From the NCBI GenBank assembly GCA_009694805.1, contig SICM01000001.1, positions 23,657-87,656 of the forward strand: DNA of 64,000 nucleotides, read 5' to 3'. Numbering within the stretch: the first letter of the stretch is position 1; every line of letters starts with the position of its first letter. A program made the position numbers and the translations under genes. The notes beneath the pieces are model-generated. The model saw only the letters and a list, made by a program, of their open reading frames with translations. It searched no databases and was not told the DNA's origin. This document shows, in pieces, positions 44,580 through 51,940 of this stretch. Source of the stretch: Candidatus Latescibacterota bacterium (GTDB lineage Bacteria > Latescibacterota > UBA2968 > SICM01).

Positions 44580-45052
44580 TCAAGTTTTTGAATCTTGATC
44601 GTTCACGTCTATCGGCAACACAGTGATGATGTCGGAGAACCGTTTGAAATCCACAGTATTGTGCGTGAGCAGATGGCGAATGCCATAGACCTGCATCGTG
44701 GCGACGATGTTAGCGTCGTGGACCTGGCGTCGCCAGTGGGAACCTTCTCCATCAACTCCAGCAACCGTTCCGTCACCTGCGAATCCTCTTCCGCCACCTG
44801 AAAATAACCGGCGAAATATCTGACATCTGCTACAAGGAACGATACAGGAATTGCTTCAGTCAAAATGTCTCTTCGCGTCATGGCCGCCAGGTATTCCCTG
44901 AGCACCTGCCGGCTGACCCAGAGATCAGCGCCTTGTTCACTCAGGAGTCTGAGTCGCTCTTTGGCCGTTAGGTGAAAAGGTGATTTGGCTAAATTGGCAT
45001 ACACCAAAATGTTTGTATCAACAAAGATCGGACTATTTTCGACCGTCATCAT
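44580..45052 (-). pseudogene. vapC: PIN-domain toxin (VapC-like), frameshifted near 44727-44740
   Basis: The N-terminus IFVDTNILVYA carries the PIN acidic residue. After ...EKVPTG the listed frame becomes nonsense. The -1 frame reads RQVHDANIVATMQVYGIRHLLTHNTVDFKRF..., the canonical PIN C-terminus, ending at the TGA at 44580-44582. Confidence 0.8.
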
Positions 45053-45260
45053 AGAGGTCTTCTCTCCGGAAAGTGGAATCCTCTGAAATCAGTCCGACAG
45101 GGTACGCCGAAAACTTCAGTGACAGACGCTCTTTTTTTGTTAACGACTTTTCGTCAATGACCAATACGACCTGATGCTCTCCAGGTGGAATATCGGGAGG
45201 AACCTGCGCGGTAAGCGTGCCATCGGCCATCACAGTGGCGGTTGTTTCAACGGTTCTCAT
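45033..45260 (-). CDS. Putative antitoxin partner of the PIN toxin
   Basis: 75 aa, RBS GGAGG, overlaps the vapC start by 20 nt. The family is not firmly recognised. Confidence 0.6.
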   Translation of the reverse strand: MRTVETTATVMADGTLTAQVPPDIPPGEHQVVLVIDEKSLTKKERLSLKFSAYPVGLISEDSTFRREDLYDDGRK

Positions 45261-45273
45261 ATCGACCTCCTAT

Positions 45274-45504
45274 TCATTCAACGATTTTTCCGCTCTCATC
45301 CATTGCGCTGCCTGCCTTGCGCACTTCGTCGGACATCAGGGTCACGACCGCAATCGTCTTGCCGTCCAGAGTTACAAACTCAACTTCGTAACCTTCTCCT
45401 CGCCGATGAACCAGCACAACCGTTCCGATATCTCCTGCACACAGGCCGTGTTCTGGAAGATCACGACAGAGAACCACCCTGCCTAACTCCTCTATCAATT
45501 TCAT
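45274..45504 (-). CDS. DUF4926 domain protein
   Basis: 76 aa, ...DLPEHGLCAGDIGTVVLVH..GEGYEVEFVTLDGKTIAVVTL, matching the DUF4926 pattern. Its ATG overlaps the upstream stop as ATGA. Confidence 0.7.
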   Translation of the reverse strand: MKLIEELGRVVLCRDLPEHGLCAGDIGTVVLVHRRGEGYEVEFVTLDGKTIAVVTLMSDEVRKAGSAMDESGKIVE

Positions 45505-46832
45505 AACCCCGCCTTTTCTCGCGTCTTCTTCAACACCTTCACCGCGCCCGCGATGATCGCCTCGTCCGCCTCTGGCTTAATCACCCGCCCCTGGTGCCGC
45601 GCCCGGACGATCCCGATCTCGTACCCTCCGAACGGTACCTCTTTGGCCGTCGGGAAGTATCCGAGTGACCCGTTGGCGTAGGCGATGGTCAGCGTGCGTG
45701 GGAACGGAGACCGGCGCTCGATCTCCATGCCGATCTCCACGAAGATCTCGCCGGGGAACCCCACGAGGGCCGCGTCGTTCAGGGCCACGGCCTGGATCTC
45801 GAACGGGAGCCCGGGATCGACCTGCCCGGACTCCGCAGCCGCCAGCATCTGCCTCGCCACCCGCAGCCGGCGCTCCGGCTGCCAGCGCCGCCCCGACGAT
45901 TCGCCTTCGAGGGCCTTCAGGCCGGCCTCCGCCTCCGCGACCTCCTTCCGGCAAGCCTCCAGGGAAGGCATGTCCTCAACAGGGAGTATGGCCGTCTCCA
46001 GATGGCAGGTCACCTTCACCTCCTCCGTCATCTGCTCCACCTGCGTGGCCCCGCCCACCACCGCCGCACCCAGTCGCGTACCCAGCAGATCCACGTGCTC
46101 GAACGCCCCGCGCGGGTCCGGGTTGATGTCTCCGGCGCAGCCGTTGCAGAACATCGCCACGCTGCCGGGGAAGGCCGCCTCCGCGAACCGCTCCGCCCAT
46201 CCCGACAGCTCGGAAGTCGTCAGATAGTTATCCCCGCCCAGCGTCGTGCCGTGAACCGCGTGGGAGAACAGGAGCGCCAGGGGCCGGCCCGTCCCCGCAT
46301 CGTCAAAGCGGAGGACATCCGCGAACCGGGCCACCGGCCCGTGGAGGTTCCGGCCCAGGATCACCCGCCCGTCCGGCGTCCGCTCCCGCCGGTTGGTCCC
46401 GCACTGCGTCTCCACGCGGCGGCGCCCCATCTTCGCGGGCAGGGCGCTCCGCCGGGCCTCCGCCGCAGCCCCGGCGATCTTGTAGAACAGCGTCTCCACG
46501 TAGGCCGCCCGCATCCGGTCCTCCGACGGCTCCCCGTAGCCCGTGTCCGGCCCCCCGTGCGTGTGCGAGCAGCAGACAAAGACATTTTCAGCCGGGACCT
46601 CCGCAGCCTCCGCGACCCGTCGGCGCACCTCCGCCACGGCCTCGGCGTTCAGGTAGAGCAGGTCGTTGGCCGCGATCACCGCCCGCGTCGTCCCGTCGTC
46701 CACGTAGAGGACCTTGGCCCGCAGCTCGTCGTGAATCCCGTCCGACCCGTGCGTCCGGTTGCCGTAGCCCGACATCCTGTGCCCCACGGGCGGCGTGATG
46801 TTCGCCCGCGCAGCGCCGACATAAAAAGGCAT
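45501..46832 (-). CDS. Neutral/alkaline ceramidase-like hydrolase (N-terminal ceramidase domain family)
   Basis: Start MPFYVGAARANITPPVGHRMSGY at 46832 with RBS GGAGGTGA. Family-typical ...GIHDELRAKVL... and CCSHTHGGP. Confidence 0.75.
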   Translation of the reverse strand: MPFYVGAARANITPPVGHRMSGYGNRTHGSDGIHDELRAKVLYVDDGTTRAVIAANDLLYLNAEAVAEVRRRVAEAAEVPAENVFVCCSHTHGGPDTGYGEPSEDRMRAAYVETLFYKIAGAAAEARRSALPAKMGRRRVETQCGTNRRERTPDGRVILGRNLHGPVARFADVLRFDDAGTGRPLALLFSHAVHGTTLGGDNYLTTSELSGWAERFAEAAFPGSVAMFCNGCAGDINPDPRGAFEHVDLLGTRLGAAVVGGATQVEQMTEEVKVTCHLETAILPVEDMPSLEACRKEVAEAEAGLKALEGESSGRRWQPERRLRVARQMLAAAESGQVDPGLPFEIQAVALNDAALVGFPGEIFVEIGMEIERRSPFPRTLTIAYANGSLGYFPTAKEVPFGGYEIGIVRARHQGRVIKPEADEAIIAGAVKVLKKTREKAGL

Positions 46833-46855
46833 GGGATCACCTCCACACATCAAAA

Positions 46856-46922
46856 GTAGGGGCGACCCAGTGGCGGGGAACGCGACGGCTAGGAGCGTTA
46901 GGCCATTGGGGGTCGCCCCTAC
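46856..46922. repeat. GTAGGGGC-type REP with long loop (gtaggggcgaccc ... gggtcgcccctac)
   Basis: 13-bp perfect arms at 46856-46868 and 46910-46922. The right arm abuts the TAG stop (46924-46926) of the PhyH gene. Confidence 0.8.
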
Positions 46923-46923
46923 C

Positions 46924-47685
46924 CTATACGCCCACCTCAACGGGTTGGTATGCCGGGCATCCCTCGAAGCGACGCCCCCAGTCGCTCTGTCCGGGTTCAG
47001 GGACGCCGAACAACTGACGCCGGTTGTGCGACTTCATCACCAGTTCCTGCACGTGGGGGGAAAGATCCTTGAACTCGTACATCGTCTTCATCCACGAATG
47101 GACATAGGAATACTCCAGCACCTTGCGAGGCCGGTCGCTCCGGTTGTGGAACCGGGCGTGCCAGGTATAGCCGTTCATCAGCACGGCGTCCCCGGCGCGT
47201 ACGACCATCTTGACGTGGTGGGGCATGTCCTCGTGGGCCGCGAGATCGGGGAGAGGATGCCCCATCTCGTAGCGGTGGCTTCCCGGCACAAAGGACAGGC
47301 AGGCCCCGTTCTCCGGAACGTCTTCAAGATAGGTGAACAGCTTCGTCATGATGACCGAGTCCGGGAGATAGACCCCCATGAGCCCGGACAGGTCGCAGTG
47401 CCAGCCCGACCCCGAATCCGTGCCCGGCTTGATCAGGCCCCCCTGCGCGTACCGCAACTGCGCGTCGTCCCCCACCACGGCCCGCACGATGGGGAGCAGG
47501 ACCGGGTGATCGACCATGTCCACGAAGACATCGTCCTGGTTCAGGATATCCCTCAGGCCCCCTCGCTCCGCCGCCGCCCGGTCAAAGGCCTCCCGAACCC
47601 GCTTCAGTTCCTCCGCGTTCAGGGCGTTCGGGATCAGGACATAGCCCTGCGCATCGTAGTCCCGTCTGGCCTGTTCAGGTGTCAT
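46924..47685 (-). CDS. Phytanoyl-CoA dioxygenase (PhyH) family oxygenase, tandem paralogue A
   Basis: Start chosen at MTPEQARRDYDAQGY (47685), by analogy with paralogue B (MTEAQRMDYEAQGY). An alternative ATG lies at 47694. The listed start at 47739 reads through the heptamer array. Confidence 0.8.
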   Translation of the reverse strand: MTPEQARRDYDAQGYVLIPNALNAEELKRVREAFDRAAAERGGLRDILNQDDVFVDMVDHPVLLPIVRAVVGDDAQLRYAQGGLIKPGTDSGSGWHCDLSGLMGVYLPDSVIMTKLFTYLEDVPENGACLSFVPGSHRYEMGHPLPDLAAHEDMPHHVKMVVRAGDAVLMNGYTWHARFHNRSDRPRKVLEYSYVHSWMKTMYEFKDLSPHVQELVMKSHNRRQLFGVPEPGQSDWGRRFEGCPAYQPVEVGV

Positions 47686-47701
47686 GGCCTTCATCCTTTC
47701 C

Positions 47702-47742
47702 CACTTTGCACTTTGCACTTTGCACTTTGCACTTTGCACTTA
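47702..47742. repeat. Tandem heptamer array (cactttg) x5 plus partial cactta
   Basis: Five perfect copies at 47702-47736. The sixth, partial copy supplies the TAA stop (47740-47742) of the upstream PhyH paralogue. The array occupies essentially the whole spacer. Confidence 0.95.
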
Positions 47743-48537
47743 CGCATTCGGCGTGCCCCTGCCCACCACCTTCAGCGCTGAGAACTGGCGCTCCGGAAGC
47801 CCTGCCGAGGACGGGTACCCCTCCACCCTGCGGCCCCAGTACCACTTGGAGTCCGGGACGCCCGTGCGGATGCCGAACAACTGGCTCAGGTTGTGCGCTG
47901 AGGAGGCCACCTCCGTCGCGTGCGGCGACAGGGGAGGCAGGACCTGGCGCATCCAGCAATGGACGTAGGTGTACTCCAGGAACCGCTGGGACGCGCTGCT
48001 CCGGTTCCGGGTGCGCGCCTGCCAGAGGTTTCCGTTCAGGAGGATCGCTGTCCCTGCCTTTGCGCGCAGGACCACATGATGCGGCATGTCCTCGATGGTG
48101 GTGATGTCCGGAAAGGGGAGATCGGACTTGAAACGGTGGCTCCCCGGCACGACGGCGATGCAGGCCCCCTCTTCCGGCGCATCGTCGAGATAAAGAGACA
48201 TCTGCACGCTGAATGTGGAGGCCGGATGATGGACGCCCACCAGTCCCGCCACCTCCCGGCGCCACCCCCTGCCGGCGCTGACGGGTGTCACGCGCACCCC
48301 CCGGAGAGACCGCAGCTGCACGTCATCCCCGACGATGCGGTGGATCATCGAAAAAAAGATCGGATGCTCGGCGAGGTGGATGAAGAGGTCGTCCCGATTC
48401 GGAAGATCCTCCAGGCCGCCGGACGCCTCCGCCCCGTCAAAGGCCGCGTGCGCTCGCTTTAACGCATCCGGCGCAAAGCCCCCCTCCACCACCAGGTAGC
48501 CCTGCGCCTCATAGTCCATTCGCTGCGCCTCGGTCAT
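47740..48537 (-). CDS. Phytanoyl-CoA dioxygenase (PhyH) family oxygenase, tandem paralogue B
   Basis: ATG at 48537 preceded by GGAAGGGGAG. It is clearly alignable with paralogue A along its length (…VPGSHR…, …GD(A/T)(V/I)L(M/L)NG…W(H/Q)AR…N(R)S…). Confidence 0.8.
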   Translation of the reverse strand: MTEAQRMDYEAQGYLVVEGGFAPDALKRAHAAFDGAEASGGLEDLPNRDDLFIHLAEHPIFFSMIHRIVGDDVQLRSLRGVRVTPVSAGRGWRREVAGLVGVHHPASTFSVQMSLYLDDAPEEGACIAVVPGSHRFKSDLPFPDITTIEDMPHHVVLRAKAGTAILLNGNLWQARTRNRSSASQRFLEYTYVHCWMRQVLPPLSPHATEVASSAHNLSQLFGIRTGVPDSKWYWGRRVEGYPSSAGLPERQFSALKVVGRGTPNA

Positions 48538-48566
48538 GGCGTCTCCCCTTCCTTTCACGGCTTCTT

Positions 48567-50852
48567 TTACAGCCCCCTCACCAGCGCAGCGATACGCGCA
48601 TCTTGAGGACTGAGGACCAGGGCCTTTTCATAGTACTCTCTGGCCTTCGCGAGGTCCTTCAACTGCTCCTGGTAGACCTGCCCGATCAACACGTAGGCGT
48701 TCGGCTGTTTGGGGTCCAGCGCCACGGCGCGCTGGTAATGGTCGAGGGCCTCCTGCGTCCTGCTGAGCGAGAAACAGGCGATCCCCAGATTGGTCTGCAC
48801 CCCGGCATGGTTCGGGTTCGCAGCCTCGGCGCGGCTCAGGTCTGCGATCGCCGCCCGGTAATCCCCCTGGGCGATGCGGGCCGCCCCCAGGCTGTTCATG
48901 AACTCGACATTCTGAGGCTCCAGGGCCAGGGCCTCGACATGGGCCCGGATCGCTTCGTCGTACCGCCCGACCTGGCGTTCACAGTAGCCCAGACGGTAGT
49001 ACGCCTCGGCGAACACGGGATCGAGCCGGATCGCCGCCCGAAACACCTCGGCGGCCTCCTCGTACCGGCCTGACCGCATGAGGACCTCGCCCAGCAGTTT
49101 GTGTACCATCCGGTTGTTCGGATGACAGCGCAGGCTCTTCCGGTACGCGGCCTCCGCCTCATCCCAGAGCCGGAGTTCGTTGAACACGTTGCCGAGCATC
49201 TGATAAGCCCCGAAGGAATAGGGCCGATAAGCGACCGACCTTTCAAAGTTGAACCTGGCGCGTTCGAGCCGCTTCGGGTTGGCCTTCCAGTCGTAGCGCC
49301 CTTCGTTGTAATAGTAGTCCGCGGTCACGGCGTTGGTGCTCACGACGCCGGCCACGAACAGCGCCGCCACGCAGATGCCCACCACGGGGAGCACGCTGGA
49401 CCCGGACCTCGTCTCCAGAAGAGGGATGCGCTCCTCCAGGCCCGACGCCTTCCGTTCCAGGGCCGCGGCAAGCCCGGTGACGATCCAGAAATGAGAGGCC
49501 GACGCCGGATTCTGAAAATTGAGGCTGAACAGGGCGTGAACCAGCGTGGCAGCCGCAGCCGCCACCAGGCCGACGCTGAGCACGTCCGTCTCCCCGTGGG
49601 CGTAGCGGCCCAGCAGCCGGTAGAACATCCCGCAGACCGCGTAGAACATCCAGAGGAAGGCCGCCAGCCCCAGGAAGCCCGTCTCCGCCATCACCTCCAG
49701 ATAACCGTTGTGCGCCTGATAGGCGGCCAGATCCATCCCGACTGCCGTGCGCATCCGGGCCAGGTTCTCCGCGCTCTCCCGGCTGGCGTACTTCGGGAGG
49801 TTATACGCGAAATTGCCCACCCCCACGCCCAGCAGGGGCCGGTCCCGGATCAGGCTCAGCGTATCCTTCCAGATCAACACACGCTGCCGGCTCGATTGGT
49901 CCTGCACCCGGACAGCGGCCTCCGACCGCTGGAAGATCGCCGTCCAGCGATCCCCCAGAACCTTCCCCACCGTCACCCCCTTTCCGGCAGGAAGGCGCGG
50001 GATGACCCCGACCAGAACCAGCGCAATGGCGGCAGCAAGCGCAAATTTGCGCCCCCCCGGAAGGCGATGTCCGGTGACGAAGTGCCGCCAGCCCCACGCC
50101 CCGACGAACACGACGGCGGAGACCATCACGCCCACCCACCCCCCTCGACTCCCCAGCACGACGATCAGACATAGCATCAGGAAGGCGGCCCCTCCGGCAG
50201 CGTACCGCCCCAGACCCTTCCCCCCAAGCGCCAGGGCCACGGCCACGGGCAGGGCGATGTCCAGGTATTCGGCCACGTACGTGACATTGCCGAGCGTGGA
50301 GATGGGAAGCCCCCACTCGGAATGGAAATCGTAGATATGGTGATACTGGAGCAGGCCGATGACGGAGATGGCCGAGGCCGTGCCCACCGCGGCCCACAGG
50401 ATCGCCCGCCCCTCCCCTTCATCCTTCACGGTGTTGAATACCACGACACAGAGCAGGAAGTGGCAGAGATACTGGAACATCGTCTCCAGGCCCTGGGGCT
50501 GGTTGTAGGCCTGAAATAGAGAGATGAAATTGGCCGCCATGAAAGCCAGCAGGGCGTAATAGATGGGCGATTTGATCAGATAGACCCTGCCCTCCACCGC
50601 CATCCCCGTGAACCAGAGGGCACAGGCCAGCGTGGTCAGAATCTGAACGAGGGCCAGCTTGGGCGTGTTGTAGTCAGACAGGGAGGTCGTGAAATAGAGT
50701 GGCGTCAGGACGACGAGGACGAGCAGCGCCCCGACCAGACCCCGATGCAGGCCGGTCTTCAGGGGATCGCGCGCCGCTCCCGGATCAGAGAGCGGCTTTT
50801 CACGAAGACGATTCGCCATAAAAACAGAACCTCTTGTTGTGCTTTTTTTCAT
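48567..50852 (-). CDS. O-antigen ligase-like (Wzy_C/O-antigen polymerase family) polytopic membrane protein fused to C-terminal TPR repeats
   Basis: 761 aa. About 10-12 hydrophobic segments in the first ~480 aa, then at least six TPR-like units (…AEAAYRKSLRCHPNN…, …AIRLDPVFAEAYYRLG…, …ALALEPQNVEF…). Confidence 0.75.
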   Translation of the reverse strand: MKKSTTRGSVFMANRLREKPLSDPGAARDPLKTGLHRGLVGALLVLVVLTPLYFTTSLSDYNTPKLALVQILTTLACALWFTGMAVEGRVYLIKSPIYYALLAFMAANFISLFQAYNQPQGLETMFQYLCHFLLCVVVFNTVKDEGEGRAILWAAVGTASAISVIGLLQYHHIYDFHSEWGLPISTLGNVTYVAEYLDIALPVAVALALGGKGLGRYAAGGAAFLMLCLIVVLGSRGGWVGVMVSAVVFVGAWGWRHFVTGHRLPGGRKFALAAAIALVLVGVIPRLPAGKGVTVGKVLGDRWTAIFQRSEAAVRVQDQSSRQRVLIWKDTLSLIRDRPLLGVGVGNFAYNLPKYASRESAENLARMRTAVGMDLAAYQAHNGYLEVMAETGFLGLAAFLWMFYAVCGMFYRLLGRYAHGETDVLSVGLVAAAAATLVHALFSLNFQNPASASHFWIVTGLAAALERKASGLEERIPLLETRSGSSVLPVVGICVAALFVAGVVSTNAVTADYYYNEGRYDWKANPKRLERARFNFERSVAYRPYSFGAYQMLGNVFNELRLWDEAEAAYRKSLRCHPNNRMVHKLLGEVLMRSGRYEEAAEVFRAAIRLDPVFAEAYYRLGYCERQVGRYDEAIRAHVEALALEPQNVEFMNSLGAARIAQGDYRAAIADLSRAEAANPNHAGVQTNLGIACFSLSRTQEALDHYQRAVALDPKQPNAYVLIGQVYQEQLKDLAKAREYYEKALVLSPQDARIAALVRGL

Positions 50853-50864
50853 TTTGGGGGTGAG

Positions 50865-51790
50865 CTATTTTTCTCCTATCCTCTGGATCGCCCCCCGGAG
50901 TTGCGCGGCGACAAACCGGTCCGGCTCCCGTCCCAGCCACGCATTCAATTCGGGCAGGATCGGAGGCGCGCCGGCCAGGCCCAGCGCCCTTGCCACAGCG
51001 CCCCGGACGCCCCAGTCCCCGTCCTCTGCCGCCGCCAGAAGACGGGAAACCGCCTCTGGCCCGCCGACCCTGCCCAGGACCTCGGCAGCAAGCGCCCGGA
51101 CCAGCGGGTCGGCCTGTCGCAGCGCCCCGGAGAGCGCCCCGGCGGCAGAGGGTCCGATCCCTGCCAGCGCCCCTGCCGCCGCGAACCGGACGCTCTGGTG
51201 AGAGTCCGCCATCAGCCGGACCAGCGGTCCGACGGCGCGAGGGTCGCGCAACTTGCCGAGCGCCACGGCGCTCGCCCTCCGGACGCTAAGAGACCGGTCG
51301 CCGAGCGCCCGGATCAGGAGAGGAGCGGCTACGGAATCCCCCATCTCTCCGAGCGCCGCCGCCGCCACGCCGCGCACGCGGGCATCCTTCATCAGTTCGA
51401 CCAGGACCTCCCGTCCCGCCGGGCGCCGGATACGTCCGATCACCCGCGCCGCAAACCGGCGGACCTCCTCCCGTTCATCCGATCTGGCCACCCGGGCAAG
51501 CGTCGGCAGTCCCGTCTCCCCCATCCCGGCCAGGGCCTCCAGGGCCCCCTCCCGCGCCCACCAGGACCCATCGGCCACGACCTTCTCCAGGTCCGGAACA
51601 CCCCCCGGCCCCCTCCCGGCCAACCTCTGGATGGCCTCTGCCCGGGCCTGAAGGTCCCCCCCGCCCAGCGCCCGGATCAACACATCCGTCGAGTCGGCCC
51701 GAACAGTCCCGACAAAAAGACACGAGCCGATGAGAGCCAAGACGGACGCACAGAGGTAAAGGTGTCGGGTGTCGGGTGTCGGGTGTCGAG
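50865..51790 (-). CDS. HEAT-repeat (PBS-lyase HEAT-like) protein; start codon unresolved
   Basis: There are repeated ...VR..AA.ALG..G...AV..L units. A signal-like LYLCASVLALIGSCLFVGTVRA segment has no ATG or GTG before it. Candidate TTG starts lie near 51790 and 51730. The listed start at 51998 reads through the heptamer element. Confidence 0.6.
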
Positions 51791-51940
51791 GAAAAGACAA
51801 GAGCGGTTTCGGGTTTCGGGTTTCAGGTGTCGGGGAAAACCTGAATCCTGAAACTTGGTTTTGCTTTTTCTGATACCTGACACCTGATACCTGACACCTG
51901 CTTTTACCTTTCCTGACACCTGATACCTGATACCTGTTTT
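51755..51940. repeat. Nested heptamer-block palindrome (largest example in the window)
   Basis: ggtgtcg x4 (51761-51788); gtttcgg x2 plus gtttcag (51806-51826); cctgaat/cctgaaa (51840-51854); ctgatac/ctgacac x4 (51870-51897); cctgacacctgatacctgatacctg (51912-51936). The flanks aggtaaag and cttttacct are also inverted. Confidence 0.9.

Noticed and set aside
51755-51940. Possibility that the repeat arrays (also at 31401, 47702 and 55033) are CRISPR arrays.
   Set aside because: The units are only 7 nt long and directly abutting, with no unique spacers. No cas genes are present. The architecture is tandem-repeat/inverted-block, not repeat-spacer.
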